A DNA stretch of 64,000 bases from an uncultured bacterium (GTDB lineage Bacteria > Patescibacteriota > JABMPQ01 > CAVVCK01). The position numbers and the translations under genes are program-made. The DNA lies in contig CAVVCK010000001.1 of the NCBI GenBank assembly GCA_963746775.1, positions 483,151 to 547,150 of the forward strand, given 5' to 3'. Shown piece after piece: positions 10,531-20,976 of the stretch (the first letter of the stretch is position 1; each line of letters opens with the position of its first letter). The notes under the pieces were generated by a model. The model was given only the letters and a program-made list of their open reading frames with translations. It was not told the DNA's origin and did no database searches.

Positions 10531-10851
10531 ATCTCCAACCTCCTCTCAATGCCTCGGCTACTGAAGCCAAAGGGCAAATCAAGTCATTATGTGGTATTAA
10601 AACAATTTTGTCAAAAATAAAACCCAAGCTTTATAAGCTTGGGGTAAATTTAAATACAATATATGCACCACATTTGACGTTATCAGAACTTATCTAGTCG
10701 AACACTCCACTGCAGTAGTATTACCTCCTGGCCCTTGGTTAAGCAAAACACTGGATGAAATACTAGAATCTGAATCTGAGTAAATGTCTACACAATACTC
10801 TATTTATTACTAATATATTTAAACATGTAATGCTAATTGAACTCTATTAAG

Positions 10852-11292
10852 CTACCATGCTTTTACCTTACAATATAAATTGCCAGAACAAAGATTATGA
10901 GAAAACCCAGCACAATAATCTTTACCCTCAATAATTTTCACCTCCTGAACATGAAAAATACTTATGACCACTGTAATAAGTGTAACTATAACACTGACAA
11001 TCGCTATTGTTATTGCCCATCTTGAACTCCTCCTAGCTTCCACAAGTTCTTCATATTCTATTAGTTTAAATGCACCACTAAAAGTTAAGTGAAAATTTTT
11101 TTCATTACTACTATCATCAAGCCTAAAAACCTCTTCTCCATTTCCTAATTCCATTTCACGACTAATAATATCCTTCTGTTTAGGAAATTCCTCTAATATT
11201 TCATGCTTCGTAAATTTTCCTTTTTTATTGGCCCACTTTAGTATTTCTGCATATATATTCCTACTCTTTTCAGATTCTATAGATATTTTCAT
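10852..11292 (-). CDS. Hypothetical membrane protein
   Basis: 146 aa, soluble N-domain followed by one TM helix. Confidence 0.6.
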   Translation of the reverse strand: MKISIESEKSRNIYAEILKWANKKGKFTKHEILEEFPKQKDIISREMELGNGEEVFRLDDSSNEKNFHLTFSGAFKLIEYEELVEARRSSRWAITIAIVSVIVTLITVVISIFHVQEVKIIEGKDYCAGFSHNLCSGNLYCKVKAW

Positions 11293-11579
11293 AGAGTGTC
11301 ATTTAATTTGCATTAAACAATGTCTTATTCCTTAACCTATATTTATCCGTCGCTATCAAATAAAAAGACTTTGCAAACTTTTTATGCTCTCGCTTATTTT
11401 AAATAAATTTATACCGCCAATACATTTTCAAAAAACAAAACACAAATCATCGCTACTTAATCGAGAGATAAATTAAATTTTAAAACTATTGTAATGAACT
11501 CAACACCAAAAAAATAAAACCGCTTTCTTTAGCCAAAAAACCTTTAAAATTCATGGAAAGTTCGACCAAACTTCTCACG

Positions 11580-11654
11580 TGGTGCCGGGGGAGAGAATTG
11601 AACTCTCGACACAAGGATTTTCAGTCCTTTGCTCTACCACTGAGCTACCCCGGC
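11580..11654 (-). tRNA. tRNA-Phe(GAA), encoded CCA
   Basis: GCCGGGG acceptor, AAGGA-CTGAAAA-TCCTT anticodon arm. Confidence 0.95.
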
Positions 11655-11757
11655 CAGTTAGAAGTTTTGGCAATTGACGTTTATACTATTGTTTCTAGTT
11701 TTACAACAATCAACGGTACAGGTTTTGATTACCAATACTTCTAACTGGCCACCGGCC
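11652..11757. mobile_element. ~100-bp palindromic element at tRNA-Phe 5' end, copy 2
   Basis: 13-bp perfect TIR GGCCAGTTAGAAG...CTTCTAACTGGCC; GGCCGG of the tRNA start repeated on the distal side. Confidence 0.8.
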
Positions 11758-11788
11758 CTAAGTTAATATTATAATTTTTCTTTTCCCT

Positions 11789-11865
11789 TGGTGGGCGATC
11801 GAGGACTCGAACCTCGGACCTCGTCATTATCAGTGACGCGCTCTAACCACCTGAGCTAATCGCCC
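11789..11865 (-). tRNA. tRNA-Ile(GAT), encoded CCA
   Basis: GGGCGAT acceptor, CGTCA-CTGATAA-TGACG anticodon arm. Confidence 0.95.
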
Positions 11866-12014
11866 CCTATGCCCCCGTAGGGGCCTTCTATTTTATGCCA
11901 TGACCTAAACAGAAAGACTAAATTTTCAGTCTTTCTAAATTCAAAATATATAGAAAAATGATAACAAAAAAGATTGGTAATTACAAGCAAAATTAATATA
12001 CCAATCTTTTTTAT

Positions 12015-12040
12015 CATTAACAACTAAAAAGCGATAGGAG
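12015..12040 (-). other. 3' arm of 16S precursor processing stem (pairs with 13764-13789)
   Basis: CATTAACAACTAAAAAGCGATAGGAG is an inverted repeat of TTCCTATCGCTTTTCAATTGTTAATG on the other side of the 16S. Confidence 0.75.
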
Positions 12041-12126
12041 TGTCTCTGCACCATAAATGATGTGAGATCGACCACTATAGTCTATCGATAATTACAAATG
12101 TAATTACAAATAACTATTATCCTTAG

Positions 12127-13636
<1,510 letters not shown>

Positions 13637-13886
13637 GATTTGAGAAAATAAATTCTCAAATTATAGAGATTGAGTCTTATGGTTTAATAAATTAAACCAG
13701 ACTCCGAGCTCTAAAAAAATTATAAAGCATGTTACATATCACCAAGTGATACATACATTATTGTTCCTATCGCTTTTCAATTGTTAATGTTCTTGAATCT
13801 CAGTACAAAAAACTACCTTAGATAACCTAAGATATTACAAACTTTTTATACTTAGTTTCAGTATTAATAATTTAATATACTAAATA

Positions 13887-14564
13887 TTACTTGTCAACAT
13901 TAATTTTACTTTTTTTCTGCCTAAATTCAGATATTTTTTTATGATTTCCTGATAATAATACCTTTGGTACCTTTAGTTCCTTGATTCTTGATTCTATATT
14001 CTTAATTCTAAACACTTCTGGTCTCGTATATTGAGGATACTCCACATAACCTTTTTTATTATGTGTTTCTTCAAATAAAGATTCTTCCTTGTTTAAAACA
14101 CCTGGAATTAATCTTGTCACCGCATCAATAATAGTCATAGCCGGTAATTCCCCACCAGTTAAAACATAATCTCCAACAGATACTTTTTCATCAATAAACT
14201 TTTCCACTCTTTTATCAAAACCTTCATAACGTCCACATAAAAAAACTATATTATCCAACTTAGAATATTTACGAGCCATATTTTGATCAAATTTTTTACC
14301 AGCCGGATCCATCATTATTATTTTTTGTCCCTTTATTTTTTTAATTTTTTTTAAAGCTTTGTAAATAGGTTCAATTTTTAAAATCATCCCCGGACCTCCC
14401 CCATAGGGACGATCATCTACAGACCTATGTTTATCTGTAGTATAATCTCTTAAATTATGTAAATTGATTTTAGCTAATTTCTTTTTTTTGGCACATCCAA
14501 TCATACCTGTATTAAAATAGGCTTCAAATATTTCTGGAAAAATTGTAATTATATCGAATATCAT
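13887..14564 (-). CDS. trmD: tRNA (guanine-N1)-methyltransferase
   Basis: VDDRPYGGGPGM, LCGRYEG, GDYVLTGGE, YTRP, LLSGNH; real start MIFDIITIFPE. Confidence 0.97.
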   Translation of the reverse strand: MIFDIITIFPEIFEAYFNTGMIGCAKKKKLAKINLHNLRDYTTDKHRSVDDRPYGGGPGMILKIEPIYKALKKIKKIKGQKIIMMDPAGKKFDQNMARKYSKLDNIVFLCGRYEGFDKRVEKFIDEKVSVGDYVLTGGELPAMTIIDAVTRLIPGVLNKEESLFEETHNKKGYVEYPQYTRPEVFRIKNIESRIKELKVPKVLLSGNHKKISEFRQKKSKINVDK

Positions 14565-14569
14565 GTTTT

Positions 14570-14690
14570 TAGAAATTAGCTGTTTGGAAATTAGAAAATG
14601 GTAATAGAAATTTGAAACTAGAAAATAGAAAACAAATTTCCAATTTCTATTTTCTATTACTAATATCCATTTTCTATAATACCAATTTCT
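14570..14690. repeat. Heptamer-period palindromic element, family A
   Basis: GAAAWTR units then inverted YAWTTTC units; closely matches the reverse complement of 61105-61226. Confidence 0.85.
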
Positions 14691-14765
14691 TTTAAAATTC
14701 AAGTACTATCAACACAAAAACCGCCTAGCCTAAAATAGCATCCGCGGTTTTTGTTATGTGGAGAT

Positions 14766-15104
14766 TTATAATTTTAAATCTTCAACTACATCGTCAGCTG
14801 AGCTGTCTGATGTAGGTCTGCTTGTATTCTCAGGTCTTCTTCCTCTGGTAGAACCTTCAGGTTCTGTGATCTTTAAGTTGACACGTGCATTATTCTTAGC
14901 ACCGACAACTTTTAGAAGAGTTCTGATAGCTTTTGCAGTTTGTCCTTGACGACCAATGACTTGACCCATATCAGATGGATCAACATCAAGAGTGATTAAA
15001 ACACCCATTTCGTCAACAGTTCTGTTGGCTTTTACTTTGTCAGGATTGTCGACTAAAGATTTTACAACATAGTCAACAAATTCAATATCTTTTTCGTCTG
15101 CCAT
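14766..15104 (-). CDS. khpA: KH-domain RNA-binding protein
   Basis: DMGQVIGRQGQTAKAIRTLL; located between rpsP and trmD. Confidence 0.9.
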   Translation of the reverse strand: MADEKDIEFVDYVVKSLVDNPDKVKANRTVDEMGVLITLDVDPSDMGQVIGRQGQTAKAIRTLLKVVGAKNNARVNLKITEPEGSTRGRRPENTSRPTSDSSADDVVEDLKL

Positions 15105-15205
15105 TTCTTTAAATTTAATAGTTCATCTTTATAAACAAATGTACACAAGTGATCGACCTTGCTACAGCTCCGTGGGAGCTGCTTCACTCTATCAATTCAA
15201 TTACA

Positions 15206-15233
15206 ATTTTATAATAGTGTCTTTTTTTGTCAA
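15206..15233 (-). promoter_or_regulatory. Putative sigma70 promoter of khpA-trmD with structured 5' UTR
   Basis: TTGACA-16-TAAAAT on the - strand; CAGCTCC/GGAGCTG hairpin in the leader. Confidence 0.45.
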
Positions 15234-15235
15234 TA

Positions 15236-15892
15236 TTACTTAGCTACAGAATTTATTATTTCTATTTTTATATCTTCTAAAGATTCTAGGATCAAATCGG
15301 CTCTCGATAAATCTTGTTTGGGAGTGTATTTATTCTCAATAGCAATACAAAAACAACCTGCAGATTTAGCAGAAACTACCCCATTTTCAGCATCTTCTAT
15401 GACCAAACATTCATCTGGCTTCAAGTTTAATCTTTTTACAGTTTTTAAATAAGGTTCTGGATCAGGTTTTCCATATACTACATCATCACCAGATATAATT
15501 TGACAAAAATATTTTTTTAAATCAAATTTGTTCAAAAAATACTCTATGTATTCTTTTGTTCCAGAAGAAGTGAGAGCTAACTTATATTGATCTTTAAAAA
15601 GATCGAGAGAATATACTATTCCTGGCAATAATTCTATTTTATTTCTTTCTTTTCCAAAAATTTCCGATCTAGCCCTGGTTAATTCTTTAATACCTATTTT
15701 TAAGTTTAATTTTCTTTTCGTTGCTTTCAACATATCACTAACTCTCCTGCCAATAAAATTAGATAAATCAATATTAGCATCACTACTAAATTTACTTTTT
15801 AACTTTTTTAATAAAATTTCTTCTGCCCTTATAGCTACAGGATAAGTATTAATGATCACATCATCCATATCATAAATAATAGCTTTAATCAT
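15236..15892 (-). CDS. HAD-family phosphatase (beta-PGM/CbbY-like)
   Basis: DMDDVIINT, TSSG, KPDPEPY, EDAENG motifs. Confidence 0.9.
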   Translation of the reverse strand: MIKAIIYDMDDVIINTYPVAIRAEEILLKKLKSKFSSDANIDLSNFIGRRVSDMLKATKRKLNLKIGIKELTRARSEIFGKERNKIELLPGIVYSLDLFKDQYKLALTSSGTKEYIEYFLNKFDLKKYFCQIISGDDVVYGKPDPEPYLKTVKRLNLKPDECLVIEDAENGVVSAKSAGCFCIAIENKYTPKQDLSRADLILESLEDIKIEIINSVAK

Positions 15893-15895
15893 ATT

Positions 15896-16453
15896 TTATT
15901 TATTGAATATTCTATTCTTAAAATCTTCCTTTGTGTTTTTGTTCAGAATAGCTTCATACATATCAATTTTTAACTCTGGCGGCGCAGCAAATTTTTTATC
16001 TCTGCACATATTTAAAAATTCATCAAAATTAATTAGTTTCATCTTAATTTTTTCCCCAGCATCTAAATTCTGCTCAGCTACTTTTTGGCAATTATGAGCT
16101 ACAATTAGATATTCATGATAATAAATTTTTGAGCTGCCCAAGTATTCATTAATAATTTTAAAATTTTCTGCCCTATAGCCAGTTTCCTCTAATAATTCAC
16201 GCTCTGCCGCATCTAATACTTTTTCTCCTTTTTCAATCCTACCAGCAACCAATGAAGGATAAATATTTGTGCCTGGCTGCTCTTGATCTATAACAATAAT
16301 TTTATCACCTACTAAGGGTAATATATCAACTGTCGACTTCCTCTCTAACCTTTCAAAAGTTTCAAAAGATCCATCAAACATTTTCTGTTGATAGTGATAA
16401 ACATCAAATAATATTCCTTCAAATTTTTTCTTGGCGTTTTTTGGTATTTTCAT
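15896..16453 (-). CDS. NUDIX hydrolase
   Basis: AGRIEKGEKVLDAAERELLEETG Nudix box. Confidence 0.9.
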   Translation of the reverse strand: MKIPKNAKKKFEGILFDVYHYQQKMFDGSFETFERLERKSTVDILPLVGDKIIVIDQEQPGTNIYPSLVAGRIEKGEKVLDAAERELLEETGYRAENFKIINEYLGSSKIYYHEYLIVAHNCQKVAEQNLDAGEKIKMKLINFDEFLNMCRDKKFAAPPELKIDMYEAILNKNTKEDFKNRIFNK

Positions 16454-17700
16454 AAATTATTATCAATTGATTTTCCCGCTAACCATCCAGTCGAAAAAGC
16501 TGCCTGTAAATTAAATCCGCCCGTATCAGCATCTAAATCTAATACCTCTCCAGCAAAATACAATCCAGGAATAATTCGCGATTCCATTGTCTTTGGATTT
16601 ATTTCTCTCAAATCAACTCCACCGGAAGTTACAATAGCCTGATCATAAGATTTATAGCCGGAAATGGAAAACCTAAAATCTTTCAATAACATCTTAAGCT
16701 TTTTTCTTTCTTCAGAATTGATTTGATTTAATTTTTTATCAGCTGGAATATCTAATTTTTCTACAAATACAAGAATTAATTTGGCTGGCAGTAAATTTTT
16801 TAATAAACTTTTAAAATATTTTTTACCCCCATTGTTAATTTCTCTCCTAAGCCTACCATCAAGCTTCTGATGATCCAAAGCAGTCTTGAGGTCAACTGAT
16901 ACATATATTTTCTTCTTGTCGTCCAGAAGGGGTACTGCGTGCTTACTAAGCGATAATATAATTGGACCAGACAAGCCAAAATCAGTAAATAGCATTTCAC
17001 CAAATTGTTCAACTATTTTTTTATTATCGCAATAGAGACTAGCTTTTACGTTTTTTAAGGACAGTCCTTGTAAATTTTTGGCATCAGGACCTTTGGTAGT
17101 TAGAGGAGTTAGTGATGGTTTTGGCTCTATTATCCGATGACCTAGGCTCCTGGCTAGTTTGTATCCATCGCCACTAGATCCTGTTCTTGGATATGATTTT
17201 CCTCCGCAAGCTATGACTATTTTTTCTGCTTCAAGACTTTTTTCACCTTCTATTTTTACTTCAAATCTTTCGTCTACTTTTTTTATACTTTTAACTTCAT
17301 AGTTTTTTAAAATTGAAACACCTTTTGATTTCACATCACTAATCAGAACCTCCGCAATATCAAAAGCACTATCGCTTTCAGGAAAATACCGCCCGCCTCT
17401 TTCAAGTTTAAATTTTACACCCAGCTCTTCAAAATACTCTATCAAGTCAGTATTAAAAAAATTAGAAAAAGCATGTTTTAAAAATCGGCCACCTTTACCA
17501 AAATGAGCTATAAAATCTTTTAGATTAGCACTATTAGTAATATTACATCTACCCTTGCCTGTTAGTTTCAACTTTATACAAGGATTATCCATCTTCTCTA
17601 AGACAACTATTTTTTGGCTATTTTCTGCACACTTAGAAGCCGCCATTAGCCCTGCTGGCCCTGCACCTATTATTAAGATATTATATTTTTCTTTACCCAT
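16450..17700 (-). CDS. NAD(P)/FAD-dependent oxidoreductase, HI0933/BaiN family
   Basis: GAGPAG, TGKGRCNITN, GGKSYPRTGSSGDG, GEVLDLDADTGGFNLQ. Confidence 0.92.
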   Translation of the reverse strand: MGKEKYNILIIGAGPAGLMAASKCAENSQKIVVLEKMDNPCIKLKLTGKGRCNITNSANLKDFIAHFGKGGRFLKHAFSNFFNTDLIEYFEELGVKFKLERGGRYFPESDSAFDIAEVLISDVKSKGVSILKNYEVKSIKKVDERFEVKIEGEKSLEAEKIVIACGGKSYPRTGSSGDGYKLARSLGHRIIEPKPSLTPLTTKGPDAKNLQGLSLKNVKASLYCDNKKIVEQFGEMLFTDFGLSGPIILSLSKHAVPLLDDKKKIYVSVDLKTALDHQKLDGRLRREINNGGKKYFKSLLKNLLPAKLILVFVEKLDIPADKKLNQINSEERKKLKMLLKDFRFSISGYKSYDQAIVTSGGVDLREINPKTMESRIIPGLYFAGEVLDLDADTGGFNLQAAFSTGWLAGKSIDNNL

Positions 17701-17702
17701 AG

Positions 17703-18080
17703 CTATTTTTTGTTTTGTTCAGCTTCATAGGCCCAGTATCCCCAAATCTCTAATATAGCAAGCAGTATAAAAGTACCCATGAATAAGCTATTATAATTAA
17801 ATGCTTGAAGACTGGCCAAAAAATACATAAATAAAAAACCAAAAAAACCGACTAGTAAATCCATTATTCTATTGCTAAGCATCTCTCTAACCTTATGCTT
17901 ATATTCAAATATTTCCCACAAAACCATTAATACAAATAATAATAGAAAATTTAACCAGCGCGGCATTTCTAAAATTATTAAAAAGCCAGCTAATAAAAAT
18001 CCGGAAAAAAAATGATTAAAAAACCAAAAATCAATATACTTTCCTTCCGACCAAATATTAATATACCATTTATTTTTCAT
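17703..18080 (-). CDS. Hypothetical membrane protein
   Basis: Several TM helices, H..SG, WEIFE and MDL motifs. Confidence 0.65.
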   Translation of the reverse strand: MKNKWYINIWSEGKYIDFWFFNHFFSGFLLAGFLIILEMPRWLNFLLLFVLMVLWEIFEYKHKVREMLSNRIMDLLVGFFGFLFMYFLASLQAFNYNSLFMGTFILLAILEIWGYWAYEAEQNKK

Positions 18081-18143
18081 ACTTTTTTCTGAAGATTGTC
18101 ACGGATACTTATTTATAACGAAATATTTAAGAATATATATCCT

Positions 18144-18558
18144 TTATCTGATTTTATTTAAATCGCCATTTATTATAACAGGTTTTACGGCTTCAATTTC
18201 AGTCCGACAATAATCCATATCAGGAATATCATTCCATAAATATATTTTTTGTCCTAAAACATGTGCAAAACCAATCTCCATTAAGGTATTGCCACCGATA
18301 TAATTTTTAATATTATTTTTATCAAAATTTAAAACCAAAACGGCCTCTGCTCCTTGCATCAAATCCCAAAATTCACGAATAGCATCTTGATTATATTTTT
18401 GTTCTAACTTCATTGCTTCTATTTCTTCATCACTTTTACCTACCATACCCTCGCAAAATTTAGTCACAAAAGCATCGTGACCAACTTCTCTTAATTTATC
18501 ACGTACTTCTATCATTTTGTTCGACAAATTGCATTGAGCCAATTATTCCTATTTTCAT
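18144..18558 (-). pseudogene. Nucleoside 2-deoxyribosyltransferase-like protein with +1 frameshift at codon 13
   Basis: ATG 18558 overlaps the upstream TGA (ATGA); MKIGIIGSMQFV joins DKMIEVRDKL...YIGGNTLMEIGFA only if one A of GAAC (18520/18521) is removed. Confidence 0.7.
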
Positions 18559-18998
18559 TTATATTTTTTAATTTCTTTTTCTAAAAATTTCTCAAATTTC
18601 TCCATTTCTTTTTTGTATTTACCCAAGTTTTCATAATTATCTGAAATGAGCCTTGAGTAATAAAGTAATTTTTCGTGCAAACCTTTATCCAAGGGTTTCA
18701 CCCAAGCAGTCTCCCAAATTTCATTATTAATAATATCGATTTTATCCTTATCAATCCATTTTACATGATATTTCTTAATAAATTTACCTCCATCCAAAAC
18801 AATAACTTCCCATTCTCCATCAATCTCACTATGCTCTGTTATAGATTTTTCTAAAGGCTGATTTTTAATTAATACTTGTTTCATAACTCTATAGCCTTTA
18901 GTCGTATTATCAAAAGATATAGCCTCTTTTTTATTTAAGCCTACAGATATAAAATAATTAGTTTTTGGGGTTGGATTATAGTCTACTTCAATATCCAT
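18555..18998 (-). CDS. Hypothetical protein
   Basis: 147-aa ORF tightly packed in the operon. Confidence 0.7.
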   Translation of the reverse strand: MDIEVDYNPTPKTNYFISVGLNKKEAISFDNTTKGYRVMKQVLIKNQPLEKSITEHSEIDGEWEVIVLDGGKFIKKYHVKWIDKDKIDIINNEIWETAWVKPLDKGLHEKLLYYSRLISDNYENLGKYKKEMEKFEKFLEKEIKKYK

Positions 18999-19002
18999 AC
19001 TT

Positions 19003-19551
19003 TTAATTATTATTTAATTCCTCTAAAGCCTCATTATACCACTTTTTAGAAATTTGTTTGGCCTCACTGGAAGATATCCTATTAAAATTATATTCAATCT
19101 TATCTCTTATTTCTTCTTTTGTTTTGCCTTTTTCTTTGTAATTCCTGGCATGCCTTAAGGCTGAACTTTCCAGATAAGTCATAGCGTCAGCATCGCACAA
19201 CACACCTTGCTCTCCATTACTTTTTTCTTGATGATGAGCAATTAAATTTTTAATTTTATCAATTTTATCTCTATCAACTCTCTCTTTCTCCAAAAATTTC
19301 CCTACTTCCAGCGCAGATAAATCTTGATGTTTTTTTATTTTCTCAGGATCAATCGAGCCTGCTTTCCAATCGCCATAAATAGCTCGCTCAATATCATGGC
19401 AAATAGCAGCTGTTAATAATATCTCATCTGCATCTGGCTTTAATTGCTTTATCCAATAAACTGTTCTTTGATGATGCTCAATACATTTATCATTACCAGC
19501 TTTTTTAAAGGCCTTGATCATAAATTGTTCTGCTTTCTGGTATAGGATCAT
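19003..19551 (-). CDS. HD-domain (DUF4202-like) protein
   Basis: HHQRTVYW, AAICHDIER, IAHH, CDAD motifs. Confidence 0.75.
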   Translation of the reverse strand: MILYQKAEQFMIKAFKKAGNDKCIEHHQRTVYWIKQLKPDADEILLTAAICHDIERAIYGDWKAGSIDPEKIKKHQDLSALEVGKFLEKERVDRDKIDKIKNLIAHHQEKSNGEQGVLCDADAMTYLESSALRHARNYKEKGKTKEEIRDKIEYNFNRISSSEAKQISKKWYNEALEELNNN

Positions 19552-19613
19552 AAATAAATATTTAAAGATTTAAGATCGCTCCAAATTTTCATCTAAAGCA
19601 ATCGGAATATATT

Positions 19614-19868
19614 TTATTTCTGATACATTAATCTTTGAATAAATAAAATCAGCCACACTGTTCCCGTAATAAAAGTAATAACACTCGAAAAAAACAAAGC
19701 TAGCGTCCAATAAGTAAAAGAAACCACATATAAACCAATAAAGGTTGGTATGGATGTTTGAAATTTTATTGGACCAACTTTTTCTTTAAATCCACTATAA
19801 ATCTGAGGAATTAGCGATACTGAAAATACGATGCTCATACTAGAAATAAGTATATCCTGCCAAATCAT
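19614..19868 (-). CDS. Small PQ-loop/SemiSWEET-like membrane protein
   Basis: Three TM helices, LIPQI motif. Confidence 0.55.
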   Translation of the reverse strand: MIWQDILISSMSIVFSVSLIPQIYSGFKEKVGPIKFQTSIPTFIGLYVVSFTYWTLALFFSSVITFITGTVWLILFIQRLMYQK

Positions 19869-20021
19869 GTTTTTATAATTAGCTGTTATAAATTTTCAAG
19901 ATTGTTACGGATATTCATCCGTAACGAAATATTTGAGGGATATATATCCCTATTTTATTGCGCTCCAGATAAATATCTGGAGCGATCTCAATTTTCTTTC
20001 ATATTTTGGAGGTTACAAATG

Positions 20022-20468
20022 TTATTCTTTCTCCTCCCACCCATATTCCGAATTATATTTTTTATGTATAAACACTTGTTCAATGACAAATTTCACAAAA
20101 GGAATTATATTTTTTGGCAATTTATTAAGATCAAACCATCTTAAATCATCACATTTATTGGGTTCTTTTATTTCAATTTCCCCAGACCACTTATGGCAGA
20201 GAAAAAAATGATCAATCCAAATGGCTGATTTATCTTCTTTTATTCTATGAGAAATATGAACTGATTTTAAATTTTTTTTTAATATTCTAATACCCACCTC
20301 TTCAAAAGTCTCTCTAATCATCGCCTCGATAAAAGTTTCATTATCTTCAACTTTTCCTGACGGACAAGTATATTGCCCATCCGCAAAACCAGTATTAAAT
20401 CTTCTTTGCAACAATATTTTACCCTCTTTTTCTAAAATTAGAAGAGAGGCGAGTTTTTTGGGGATCAT
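20022..20468 (-). CDS. NUDIX hydrolase
   Basis: PSGKVEDNETFIEAMIRETFEEVG; EPNKCDDLRWF. Confidence 0.9.
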   Translation of the reverse strand: MIPKKLASLLILEKEGKILLQRRFNTGFADGQYTCPSGKVEDNETFIEAMIRETFEEVGIRILKKNLKSVHISHRIKEDKSAIWIDHFFLCHKWSGEIEIKEPNKCDDLRWFDLNKLPKNIIPFVKFVIEQVFIHKKYNSEYGWEEKE

Positions 20469-20523
20469 ATTTTCATCTTATCATAAAAAAACACAGCCCT
20501 TCAGCTGTGCATTTTAATTGATT

Positions 20524-20793
20524 TTATTTAGCAATTGCAGTCTTTGCCGTAGCTTTCTTGACAGTTGGATTTATAAGGCTTGCTACCGTATCACTCATTT
20601 GCGCTCCATTGCCTACCCAGTAATCCACTCTATCCTTTTTAAATACTAATCCCAATTTATCTTCTTGATGCGGATCGTATGATCCAAGAATTTCTATAAA
20701 TTTACCTTTAATAGGCTTGGTATGCTCACAAACTACGATTCGATAAAAAGGCCTATTTTTCTTACCTACTCTGGTTAGTCTAATTTTTAACAT
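20524..20793 (-). CDS. rpsP: 30S ribosomal protein S16
   Basis: MLKIRLTRVGKKNRPFYRIVV...GAQMSDTV. Confidence 0.97.
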   Translation of the reverse strand: MLKIRLTRVGKKNRPFYRIVVCEHTKPIKGKFIEILGSYDPHQEDKLGLVFKKDRVDYWVGNGAQMSDTVASLINPTVKKATAKTAIAK

Positions 20794-20844
20794 ATTTTTG
20801 TTATTTATAATTTATTAAATTAATTACTGTTGCTAAAATTATAT

Positions 20845-20970
20845 TAGAAAATAGTTATATAGAACTTGGAAATTAGTAATGAAAACTAGAAAATAGAAAA
20901 TAGATTAAATACTAATTTCCAACATCCAATTTCTATTACCAATTTCTATTTTCCAAACAACTAATTTCTA
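20845..20970. repeat. Heptamer-period palindromic element, family A
   Basis: Aligns with 61105-61226 (GAAATTAGTAAT; TTTCTATTACCA). Confidence 0.8.
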
Positions 20971-20976
20971 TACATA

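Noticed and set aside
14570-14690. CRISPR array interpretation of the periodic repeats
   Set aside because: Units are 7-11 nt, degenerate and contiguous, with no unique spacers and no cas genes
14565-14702. 46-aa N-terminal extension of TrmD in the ORF track
   Set aside because: It is the translated family-A repeat from a TTG; the conserved protein begins at ATG 14564
18092-19987. Integron attC sites in the accessory array
   Set aside because: Hairpins lack a consistent RYYYAAC/GTTRRRY frame, most genes abut without a site, and no intI is adjacent
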